A DNA stretch of 64,000 nt from Ylistrum balloti (taxonomy: Eukaryota): positions 4,154,001 to 4,218,000 of the forward strand of contig NW_026782003.1 in assembly GCF_031769215.1 (NCBI RefSeq). The letters run 5' to 3'. The notes below the pieces were generated by a model, which searched no databases, had not been told where the DNA came from, and saw only the letters and a program-made list of their open reading frames with translations. Position 1 is the stretch's first letter, and every line of letters starts with the position of its first letter. A program made the translations under genes and the position numbers. This document shows, piece after piece, positions 1 through 12,800 of the stretch.

Positions 1-1030
1 CTGAGTTACAATGCTTCTTTAACATGTCATAGATATAATCTTGTTAAAAAGGCAAAGTAGCTTGAGCTATTTTGTACACGTAACACAAATATAAACTGTG
101 CATAATATTAACTGCTATCTCATGCTAAGGTTTCAAACCACATTTGAATTCAGAGAAATTATACTCAAAAATGTAATCTTCCTACATAAACTCTTCTATT
201 CATGAACAGTATTTGGTTTGGGTATTGAGAAGATCTTTAAACATTGAGCCAATTTGACCCTTTTTGACTCGGTCCACCAGCCCCTGGGGGTCAGCCATGA
301 TCAATATGTATAAATTGTCAAACTCTCATACAAATAATTTTAACTTAGTCTGAACTAAATATAAGATAAACAAATTATGCTAAAAACGTAATTTTCCTAT
401 ATAAACTATAGTAAAATTTAGCTCATCTCAAGAAGGTTATGTGAGACCCTGTAGGGTCTTGAAATTCATCATTTGTATGAAGCACCTTAGGATATTTTCA
501 CCCAAAAAGAGTATTTGGATCTACCTTATCTGTGTCTTGGGAAGAAGATTTCTGAAGTTTGAATCCTCAGACCCCTAGGGAGTGGGGACCATATAATTTA
601 CAATTTTGGTGCACCTCTGGCCATGGAAGGATTTTTTTCTAAATTTCACTGAAATCTGTTCAAGAGATTTCCAGAAGAAATCCAAAAGTTGAAAACTTAC
701 AATGCTCGACATAGGATGCATATCATATGAGACACAACATCGGACAAAAGGCGATCACAATAGGTCACAATGAGACTTTGTCTCAGGTGACCTTATAAAA
801 ATTACGAAGAGCGTTGGACAATTATCTGTTTCTGTCCCAGTCAAACAAATGTCTGCTACAATTTTACAAAGAACAACAGAACAATGTTCCTAAACGCTGC
901 ACAATACTGAGCACAGCCAAGGAAACTTTACCACTTATAAAGCAACATCACACATGAATCGTGTTTATCCAGTTTGACAAACATTAACAAGATCCAGGAA
1001 CGGACTCCCACATAAACAGAGGAAGCTTGT

Positions 1031-1110
1031 GGATGGTTACACATGGACGGTTGGACGAACATGGATGGTTACACATGGACGGTTGGACGAACATGGATGG
1101 TTGGTTGGAC
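1031..1110. repeat. 32-bp tandem repeat, ~2.5 copies
   Basis: GGATGGTTACACATGGACGGTTGGACGAACAT at 1031 and 1063. Confidence 0.85.
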
Positions 1111-2349
1111 GGATGTGGAAGGCAATGTGACAGACTGATCGTTATGAAGCCACCCTATGGATGAAACAGGAAACGTATAACCGACACGTCTTAGTGTATA
1201 CCATTGTCAGTAGACAGTGTGTAGATGTCTTTTTTATCACCAGAGTTATTCCAATTGTTACCAAATCATCATTTATCAAAATGTTTTAAAGAAAAGTAAC
1301 TGATATCATTCTAACTAGAATCTGAAAACCAGTCAAACTTTCAGAGTATCAATGTAATAAAAGTTATATTGTAATTAATATTTGTTTTACCTTATCTATA
1401 TATATATTTTATCAGTCAAGAAAAAAAACTGAGAATCTTGAATTGAAAATCTAATATCATTTATAAAAATAAATAAAAAAATGAATATATTCCATCATTC
1501 ATTTAAATCTTAATTTTTATTTGATATGAAAGAAAAAAAAAACTTTTTTATCAAACACACAATCTAGGTTATATATGGTTGTACAGTGTGTTTTATAAAT
1601 CTACAAGTTCTCTACAATCTACAGAGACAGACAGCAAAAAGCAAATCTATCACAAACTATAGTGATAGAAAAAGTGCCGATATCTATATAAATATATATA
1701 TATGTTGTGTGTGAAATAAAACAGACACTTCCTAAAAGCAATGTGGTAATATTTAAGGAAAAGCAAATTTAGCTGACAGCTAGGTGCTTGAGTCAGTGTT
1801 TTTACATTTTCCTACACTAGAGACACATGTCAATAGTTTAAAAGTATTGCCAATTTTATGCCACATGAATACAAGACATACTTGGTTATGTTTATAGGGG
1901 ATTGCTATGATAGCTCATAGACCGTTTTGTATTTTGCCCTGTATCATATCATTGTATCATTTAATAAGATCAACAGGATATTAAATATAATTCTGTTCTG
2001 ATTGGTTAAAATCTCCTGACTGGAAAAAGTTCTTGGCATTGTTGGTTTCAAATTTTAATATTTCTGTGTGGTAAGTTTCTCTGAATTATTTAATTTTGAT
2101 GTGTTTTTATTTCCACATGATAGATTTAAAGTGATATTTTGTAGGTAAAGATATTTTTTAACCAATCATTAAGTACTGAAATCAATTCTTAAGTTGAAAG
2201 TTCACAAACTGTGCTGCAGGAATTTCCAGCGAGCCAGGTGATCCTATATACAGTTTGCTTTTCTTTGGGTTCTATTTTCAACCACTTTGAATTTCCAAAA
2301 AATACCATGAAGTACTGTTTGCACTATTATTGAGCAATTCCTTTAAGTT

Positions 2350-2484
2350 TATGTAACAGAGATCATTATTTATTTCAATGCCTCCATAAGGAATCGAACC
2401 CGGGACCCCTGGCTTACTAGTCAGACGCTCAACCAATCGAGCTAAAGAGAAATTCTCCCTAGCCGAGTGGTATATTGCGGCTAG
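2350..2484 (-). mobile_element. tRNA-derived SINE or tRNA pseudogene (tRNA-Thr(AGT)-like head)
   Basis: A box TAGCTCGATTGG, CTAGTAA anticodon-loop-like sequence, B box GGTTCGATTCC; imperfect acceptor stem; shared tail GCATTGAAATAAATAATGATCTCTGTTAC; upstream hairpin CTAGCCG..CGGCTAG. Confidence 0.7.
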
Positions 2485-3703
2485 TATTTTACCAGGGTCA
2501 TATTTGTAATGTTTGATTAATGGGATTTTGAAACAATGGTTTGGAATTTTCATTTAAATTAACAAATGATCAGAATATGTTTACAAAAGATTTTAGAGAT
2601 CCTGTTGTGATTTACCTTGTGTTTTCATCAGTAGACTACATATTGAAGAGCTATAAGAATAATAATGATACACGTTATAGTAGATCTATGCTACAACTAT
2701 CATATGCATTTGTATGGAAGAGTTTGTCTTAGATCAAAATTATTTCTTCAATTGTTAGGTCTCTAACTGCATTTTTATACTCATTTAAAACAAACCTAGC
2801 TGTTTATAAAACTGAAGTTAACATAAAACTTACAGATAATCCTGCTGCTAAATTTGTATCACTTAGGCAACAGAAATAAACCTGTTAAGCGAAAACCAGG
2901 AACAAACATATCATGATATCTCATGCTTCACCAATACAGATGACCAGTATAGATGACCAATACTGATGTGAATTGTTGATATTTCACAATCAGATATGAG
3001 CTACAAATCTGGAGCCAAAGATACTTTAATTTTTGTTCATGCCTCTACAGATGACAAAGGGCTCGAGAGTTCTGTCCGCCATGAAAATGAGACAGGGTCT
3101 GTCAGGTCATTATATTGCTTCGATATGTTTGCAATGATTGGGACATAGTCCTATAACTATAGACAGGTAGGAAAAAACTATTTCCCCTGGAGATAGCATT
3201 TATACAACAACCTCAGACAACAGAATTGATTACTGTACTACAAATCTACATGGGGTCAGATATGCAGAGTCAAAATTGCTTGTGATATCTACAGCAACAG
3301 GAAGTGGCCATCATCGTCTACTAAACAGTAACCATCAGACACAGAATGGAATAACTCTGACAGATACATTGATATACAGGTTAACTGGACATATCAAACA
3401 TCCTTCGGTACACATGCACTAAGGTTTCTTCACTGTCTATCTTGAGTTTAGAATCCTATTGTTAAATTGGGCAGTTAATTTCAAAGCAGTGCTGGAGTCT
3501 TTTTTACAGTAAATAGGATGCTTGGTGAAAAATGTGTACACAAGTAGATTTGCAAGATGTCTACTCAAAGCTGAAGTGGAAGCAAGCATTAATATGATAA
3601 TGAGAATTTCCCTAAGTGTTGTGCCTCCAAATCAATGCAGTCAAGCTTTCTAACATACAGACCACCCTAACCTCATACAGGCCAGAATTTGGCCACTGGT
3701 CAC

Positions 3704-3830
3704 TTAAGATTTCTGGTCAGAATTTGGACGGGCCTGCAGTTGAGGGTCTATGTAGACTTTGTTACTTTGTGTTGCTACCCAAGTGTGGAAAGCTGTGGGT
3801 AAGCGTTCTGTGTCGAAGCGATTGCCATCA
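3704..3830 (-). CDS. CCDC17: Alternative terminal exon B (DGNRFDTERLPTAFHTWVATQSNK...DQKS*)
   Basis: aatatttcag|T phase-2 acceptor, TAA at 3706-3704; peptide is homologous to exon A. Confidence 0.65.
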
Positions 3831-6800
3831 CTGAAATATTACAGTAGGATATACAGCTACTCACACCGATTCATATGGTTGACAAATGCCCACCATCTTG
3901 TGTTAGTAAATATTACAGGTATTACCAGGGGTTCAAATGTATCATTCTTCTATAATAATTTAAGCTGTAGGTGATTGTATCATGTAAACTGAAAACTTTT
4001 TTATTAAATTTTGATGAATTTTTGACTGATCTGATGCAGGCAAAAAATATTTTGAGTTCTGAAGTCATATGTTCAGAATGATTTGATTTTAAAACCCCTG
4101 CAGCCTATGGTAGTTAGATAAGTGATACACATGCAAATGTATTCCCTCATATAACTTGTGCTACCAGACACTGTTACCTTACACTTGATACAAAGACAGA
4201 TTAACACAACACCAATAATTAGTCTGGGTCATCAATGTCGGTTATAGGGTCTGGTCGTGCAGTGGGAGGTGGTCGGGACGTCTTTGTGTGCTGGGTGGAC
4301 ACCCAGGTGTGATGTGCAGTGGGCACATATCGATTGGGACTGTAAAAATAGCCAAGGAATACAAAAATAACATCAGAATACCTCAACATGCTGTCTTCAG
4401 GTGGCAACATACATGTAACATATTAAATGATTTCCCTAACTACACAACCAAGGATAATTCAATGTATCCTGTCTCTATNNNNNNNNNNNNNNNNNNNNNN
4501 NNNNNNNNNNNNNNNNNNNNNNNNNNNNNNNNNNNNNNNNNNNNNNNNNNNNNNNNNNNNNNNNNNNNNNNNNNNNNNNNNNNNNNNNNNNNNNNNNNNN
4601 NNNNNNNNNNNNNNNNNNNNNNNNNNNNNNNNNNNNNNNNNNNNNNNNNNNNNNNNNNNNNNTTCAGTAAACAATTAAGAACATACAAGCTTTACTAATT
4701 TTTCATAAATCCAGATGAAATCCAGAGGCACAACACCAAGGTCCTATTCCACATATAATTCATAAGATCTAACACCAAAGCCAAATTGATGTGAAACCTA
4801 AGACAAATGAATATAACAACTAGAAAAATGTTCTTGTGAACAAAATCATATGTTTCCACATATTAACTGAGAACTGATTATTTATTATGAAATATTTACC
4901 AGCTTCAATACTTAAAATGACCTTTGACCTAGTGACATTGACTTAGTCATGAGTATCTCTATTGATAAATTTTGTTTCATAATGGTATGACGAAATGTTT
5001 ACCAGTAAAAGTTTTTAAATTTGACCTTGACCTCTGACCTGGTGACACTGACCTGTGGTAAGATGACTTGCCATTTGATTTCAGTCAACTTTGCTTCTAT
5101 ACATCATAATAGCATTGTGAAATAAGCAGAAACATTTGGTAAAATTCTATCTTAAGTCACATATCTTTTCAAATTCGAAGTTACAACAACTCCATTTACA
5201 TTTGATAATCAACACTTGTTGGTGATGAAATTTAAGTTTCAACAATAGGAAAACAACTTAATGAATGAAAATTTTGTAATTATTTGACCTTAACCTTGAC
5301 TTTAACCTTGAGACCAAGGTCAGAAAGACCTAATTTCAGTGCACTGTACACCATCTGTGGGTGATGCAATTATCATTGTAGTTTTATTAAGTCATTTTCT
5401 GAACAAGAATATGCTGAAAATTCTGTACTTATTTGACCTTTGACCTAGACATGAAAGGCACTGTGACTAAATTTTGGTGCGCTGCACAACTTGTAGGTGA
5501 TACATGAATGTTTCAAGTTTCAGCAAGATACCTTAAGCATTTTAAAAGAAAACACTCTGGATAAGCTTTTTATAGCATCAGTCCCTTTTTGGGGTAGCTA
5601 GCATTATATAGTCATTATCATGCATTCAATTAAATGTACTAAATACATACAGAATTAATCACTCGATATATAAAGGATTATCAAAATAGGATCAATAATA
5701 TGAATGCATGCATATATGACGAATACAGACTCTCATATACTTTTAAATAACAGCTGACTTTTAACCCACAAGTTCATGGGTAAATTACAGCTTAAATCTC
5801 TATATATAGACCAAATTTCACATTCAATTGGCCTTCAGGATTCCAAGGTCAGCACAAGATAAATGCACTCTAGCTTTTTTGTTCTAATAGAGGGTGGATG
5901 ACAGAAAGCACCTATAACAGCACTGGATTTAGCACAATAGGTAAATACCTATGATATAACAGCACTGGATTTAGCACAATATGGAAATACCTATGATGGA
6001 TAGCCCAACCAAGGCTGTCCATTCCTTAGCATGGGAACGGCCGTATACAAACTGAAAAAACAATTTTAAGTTAAAAAGTTCACAAAAAGGAACAGATATA
6101 TAATCTTGGGTTTATAATATCTGTGAAGAGGATATAAAACTGACATCCCTCTGGTAACCTTGAGAGAAATAACAGTGTAGAAAGTGTTCAAAGCAAAAAA
6201 ATTATTCTTAAATCATGATTGCTGTACTTGTATATTGTGATATACCCCGTATACACTTCTGAATCCAGCCATGGTACACAAGTCATCACAGTAATGGACT
6301 GTTTTTGTTATGCATTTTTACTCATTAATATTCAAGGTTTGTGTATAAATTAATGAGGTAACATAGATAGCAAGTTTACCTTTCATATAGGTAATGGGGC
6401 TCATTTTCCTAATCGTATCTATGTTACGCGGTCAGCTTCCCAACAATTTTTTTTAACAGGTACTCTGGTTTCCTTTAACAAGTTATAAAGGAGGAAAATG
6501 GGGATACTATACAGTATTGCCGTAATGCAATGTCTCGATCAACATATCATTTCATACATCTTCACTGGAACTGAAAACATCCATTACCCATATCTTTATG
6601 AAAAACTCTTTTAAATGGTCTTTTCAAAACTTTATACAGCTGTAAATAGAATTTTTAGGCCCTGCATACTAAACTCTCCAATGTAAATGGTAGCACAATG
6701 TTAACTGGTCCACATTTGCAAAACAGAACTAAGAAGTAGATAGTGTCTACTTTTAGGTGAGTATAGTCATCTCTAAGGGGTTTGTCACACTAGAAACTTT

Positions 6801-9800
6801 GTCCTGTCCACCAACCTTCCATGGCACCAGTGGTAGCCAGTTTGTTCTGACCACTATTAATAGCAACTAAACTGGGAGTTGAGAGTGCGAGGAGCAGAGA
6901 TGACCATGAGTGGACCGGGGATATCATTCCTACTCCAGAACACACTGAACGGAGAAACAAACAAGGAGTCAGGGTTAGCATTCAGCACTCCTTGTTAAAC
7001 AACACTATTTCACTTCTAAAACTTTGAATTCATCATTATAACATTTCACATATAATTACATAAGATTAGTACTGTACATGAAAATATCTACATCAGTCTC
7101 CAATTTCAAGTACATAGTATCCCTCATATCTGAAGTCAACATTGTGTTAACCATAATGTTTTTATAATGAACCTATTTTACAGTAAACTTTTAAATTTTG
7201 ACAAATCAAGAAGACCTTGAAGCCTTTGTAAATAGTTGACGGCTAAATACGTTGTAAAAATCAATTTGAAATGGCAAAACAATGTTTTAACTATGTACTA
7301 TATATATTGCCAGCAACATTTTAACAATTCCTCAAACTGGGAGAGGTGATTATCACATGGTGCATTGTACATAAATTCATGGCCATTTACAACTCACCAG
7401 TCCTCTTCATACAATAAGCATTGAATATTCTACTTTACTAACCATGTACAGAATTGGATTACCAAAGGACACATCATAAACATGTGTCAGGCCAACTCCG
7501 AAATTTTCCCCTAACTAGGTCACACAAATTCATTAAGACATATGTCAAATATGAGTTCAATTCATTTAAAATTTTTTAGAAAATTATTTTTGTGTCAGGC
7601 TGGAATATGAAAATATGTCTATTTCATGAGTACAGCTGTACACTTTTCTTCCTATTGGCTGTAGTTATATAACCAGACTGGAGAGAAAACATGATAAACA
7701 GGATAAGATACTACAAAGTACTTACTATTGGTCGTACGGCTGCATAGGTTCTACGTCCACATAGGGGCGCTGCATCATCCATGGCATGTCTGCATTGTTC
7801 TGGAAACGGAGACAATTCAGAACAAAATATTACAACCGGAAATATCAATATCACAATACATCATTGTTAACTCACAAAGAATAATACAGTTTCTTAATGA
7901 TCGACGGAACGTGTTGTTTTGGTTGTAAAAACACCTATGAAATACTATCTTAAACTCATTAATAATCACTGATTGTTATTACCAGCTGAAAAATCCTTCA
8001 ATTTCATGTAAAATATTTAAATAGTGAAGTATATATTTTTGTCATATATGAAACCAAGTTGTTATTTTTTGGTCAGTAATATTTTTAATCTTTCATTTAT
8101 TAGAATAATTAGTTGTTTAAATGAATAGCTGATGGTCTTTGCTGTTTAACTGAAACATGTTAGAAAATTGTCAAAACAGACAAATATATTAAGTTTTTTC
8201 ATCAGCTATACCTGGGTTCTGACCTTATGGTCAGCCATATAGCAAGCACTCGATGACCTGACCCTTGTTTTAGTAGATGTTATACTTAACAAACCATATG
8301 AATGATTAATATGAAAGTCCATTGTTTTACTAATTAATTGTCATACTAGCCTCAAAATTAATATTTATTCATAAAACTTAACACTGAAACATTTACGATA
8401 AGCCAGTTAATAGCAGCATAAGAAGACACAATAATATAGGAGATATGACTTGCATAGATTACGAAGCAGCAATATCTGTTACATATGACACAAATCAACA
8501 ACCAACACACAGAGGTTTACAGTCTGTCAGTAACCTGTCCCCATATTAAGGGGTATATACCTCCAGTTCTGCCAAACTATACCGTACACTGTCCCCCATA
8601 AACATTCCTGGTACTGTCCTTTTGGTGGCAGGGGACATGGGGGTCACACCTGGCTGGTGCCAGCCCCCCTGGGGGAATAATGTCATCACATCAGACACAT
8701 TTCAATTCAGCCAAAGTAACCAAGAATGAACCAAATACAACATACTCACAAAAGTTAAGAATGGGTGATCTGTAATTAAGAGATTTTCGTCCAGAGATTT
8801 TATATTCGTACAGAAGTCAGTACTAGTATCTAGACTTATATATCATTGATAAACCACCACAGTTCAGTTTGTTAAACATATTTATGATCTACTTACAACA
8901 AAATCTGAGATTTTTTATATCAAGATTGATGAGGAGGGAGGTGGGTTTTCTGTTTTAACAAGTTCTGTTGTAGGAGGGATGTGGACTGTCTGTTTTAACA
9001 AGTTCTGTTGTTTACATACATACATACATACCGGTGCTGGAGGAGGGAGGTGGGTTGTCTGTTTTAACAAGTTCTGTTGTTTACATACATACATACCGGT
9101 GCTTGAGGAGGAAGCCAGTTGTCTGTTTTTAACAAGTTCTGTTGTTTACATACATACATACCGGTGCTGGAGGAGGAAGGCGGGTTGTCTGTTTTTAACA
9201 AGTTCTGTTGTTTACATACATACATACCGGTGCTGGAGGAGGGAGGTGGGCTGTCTGTTTTAACAAGTTCTGTTGTTTACATACATACATACCGGTGCTG
9301 GAGGAGGGAGGCGGGTTGTCTGTTTTAACAAGTTCTGTTGTTTACATACATACATACATACCGATGCTGGAGGAGGGAGGTGGGCTGTCTGTTTTAACAA
9401 GTTCTGTTGTTTACATACATACATACCGGTGCTGGAGGAGGGAGGCGGGTTGTCTGTTTTAACAAGTTCTGTTGTTTACATACATACATACATACCGATG
9501 CTGGAGGAGGGAGGTGGGCTGTCTGTTTTAACAAGTTCTGTTGTTTACATACATACATACCGGTGCTGGAGGAGGGAGGCGTGCTGTCTGTTTTAACAGG
9601 TTCTGTTGTTTAAGCAGCTCTATCTCATTCTGAAGCTGTAACATCTTCCTCAGCTGTTCCTCCTGAAGGCGTCGTAGCTGTGCCTCAAGTTCATCTGTCA
9701 GGATACAAGGTCAAAGTCAAGGTCAAACTTTTGGGGCCTTACCTCAAGGTCAAAAATAATAGGTTGCAATACTGACAATATATTTATATTTGAATAAATT

Positions 9801-12800
9801 AATATACTTAAATTAAATAATATTTTAAAACCTTATAGTAACTCCATTAATTATCTGTCTGCTTCACAAATCAATTTGAAGAAATGTGTCTCTCCTAAGT
9901 ATATATATACGTATTTGCTAAGATCTATAGTGTATCATTAAAATCCTTACAGAAAATCAAGAAAAAATACTTTGTGTAAACAAAATAGCATGAAAAAAGG
10001 ATATTTATTGTACAAATTTTTGAAAAAAAATATATCACCAATACAAAATTCTGATAAATTAGACAAAGGAAACCAATATAACAACAATCTGCATGTTAGT
10101 TACCATAGTTACTAACAACTACAATATCTTCAAGGGGAGGTAATCAATTTTTTTCAGCTACAACGGACGGTAATTCCATAACAAGGGACATACTCATTAC
10201 TGAAAAAAAAAAACAGAATTTTTTCCTCAATAGAAGGGTGTTCAGGTCTAGAAAACCTTCCATAGAGAAGACAGATATCTGAGAGTAGCCATTATTGAGA
10301 AGGTGTTTTGCCTCCTGTGTATAGTGGGTGACATGACACCACTGTTACTGTAATTTACTTTGAACTGGTAAGTAGTGAAAGACTCATATTGTAGATAAGT
10401 TATTACAGATATATAACATCAATACTGGTATTCAATTGACCATTGAGATAGGATTGATTGAAAGCAGTTGATGATTATTTCCTTGATAAAATACACCTTT
10501 TAAAAGCTGTTGAGTCGTGTGATTTATGAATCTGATTACATTTCTTTTCACACTTCAAAACCTCCTATTTATAATTAAATCGAGACTGATCTGCTATTTA
10601 CTTTGATTATGCCTGACTATAAATACCATTTCTATCAACAAATATCTTTATCCCACTGGGACATTTTTCTAGATCACATTTCACATAGATATTATCATTT
10701 CATTGCAAATTTTTTAGATTGAATATGATTTCATATACCTGGTCTCCTTTATTCATCTCATTTCATCCACAAAATACAAGAAAATTCACAACCAGTGGAA
10801 TGAAATTATCGAACTATTAAATACAATCAGAAAAACTTTCATTTTTGTTCTTAAAAAAAAAAAATTTATTGATAAATAATTTGTGTTACCATTAAAGTAA
10901 AACCTTTATATTACGGAATGTTTACATAGTATGGTATAAAACAGTCTCTTTCATGAGAATTAAGCACCATAACCTTGCTGTGATAAAGAAATCCTTTACC
11001 AGCCATGTTTTATTATATGTTCAGATAACACATCAAGATGGTTTGAGGAAATATTGAAACAAATAACACTTTTTTATAACATCTTCAATGAGAACATGAT
11101 GATCATAAAGGAAGATTAATTTGGCAAATCTATGTCCAGCTACAGAATCAGGCAAATTATAGTGCTGGTAGCATTGTTTTAGAGTTTTATTTTGGCATGT
11201 AAAATTATCCCAGTCAGTAATGAAAATTCAAAAAATGTCACATCTCATGACTAACCCTGCTGGGAAATGTTTACAGCAGGTTTAAAATGAAAAAATTATC
11301 CCAGTTGGTAGTGAAAAGGTAAAGAACATCACATTTTACATGAAATATTTTTCACATTGGTCCTACATAGATAAAAAGATATCTACTATCAATCATTAAT
11401 AATTGTAATTAACACAAAAGACAACTTCAAAATAATTCCTAAACTGTTAATATAGCCAGGAACCACTTAAAATGGTGAAATAATGTGTCTCTAAAATAGA
11501 AGTGATTCAGTCACATGATGATGATGAAGAAAGTGAATCAGCACAGATAATACATATATCGATTCTTATATTTTAGAAATTTTTCTCATTTGTGGGAGAG
11601 CTATACAAATCACTTTCCTGTAATGTCCATGATTACTTTAGCTAAATCTAAACCATTCTTCAGGAATTTTCAAATGACATGTGTTCTGTTGTTAGCTTTT
11701 TGTTCAACATGAATGTTCAGGATTTTAATTTGGGAAAGCAAAGATGGTTGACAAAAGGTTATTTAAATACATCGCCTCTGTCGAAAATGAATGGATTCCA
11801 TACAAATCAGGAAAGCCTGATTATAACCAACATTCAACTCTGATAATGGGCATCAATTCTACGTCCCAGTACTGACCATAATAAAAATCTAACATGGCCA
11901 TGTCAATGCCTCTTTCACCGAAAGTAGATTAAAGGTTAACTTACAACAAAAAAGTGGTTTTAATTAGCAGGTAGATCAGAATACTAATTACAAAGTGGTT
12001 CTCAGTTCAATATTCAGGTTGAGTACAGGAATCTCCATGATAATTATTTTAATATTAAACCTACCAGCATTCTGATCCAACAGAACAAGATCAGGTGTAT
12101 AGCCTACAGATGTCAATACAGTGTTGTATGTGTGGTATTGGTGTCATATTGTTATTGTCTGTACATCACCAACTAAAATACTGGCTTGTCAGAAACGGCC
12201 ACGCAATGTGTTTAACTGTTAACTATGTGCCGAATATATACTAAGAGGAAAAGAAACACAACTTCAACTTTATCCTTTACCATTTAAAAAATAAAATTCA
12301 TGAGCAATAAATGTGCATGCTTTAATAGGGACAATGTTCTGGGTTGCTAGAAAATCCCTACTGCTTCTTGCAACTTCTGGCCTAGCATTATGCTGAAAGG
12401 TCAAATAATGCCTTCTAATGAAAGGCACAACATGTGGCCCCAGGATCTCATCTTGATAGTGTACAGCCATAAAATTTCCATTGATGATCACTAAAGAAAT
12501 TCCTCCTCACACCATAAGTGATCCATCCCAAAATCTGTCCTGTTCCAAAACACAAGCTTCCACAAGGTGCTCTCCCTGACAACTGTACACACATTGACGG
12601 CCATGTTATCAAAACAACATGAATCAAGATTCATCCGTGAAGAGCATGGACTATCAATATATTATAGGAAAACATCTGTGGACATGTCAACCATCACATA
12701 TGATGAGGTGCCTACTGTTGTGGTGTCAGTGGCAAACCAATGCGGTGGCAAATTGGTAGTAAACTTGCCACTCAGTCTATTTCTCCCAATCTTCTTTTGG

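Noticed and set aside
2383-2455. Functional tRNA-Thr gene
   Set aside because: Acceptor and anticodon stems pair poorly, and the sequence shares a non-tRNA tail with two decayed copies, so it is treated as a SINE or pseudogene
4288-4698. ORFs spanning the N run
   Set aside because: Artefacts of translating N as X
7195-7245. KGFKVF.. segment faintly like the CCDC17 GLVIFYDF motif
   Set aside because: Needs a frameshift, has the wrong splice phase, and the similarity is too short
8979-9613. + strand ORFs FNKFCCLHTYIPVLEE...
   Set aside because: Antisense readings of the splice-donor minisatellite; the frame shifts between units
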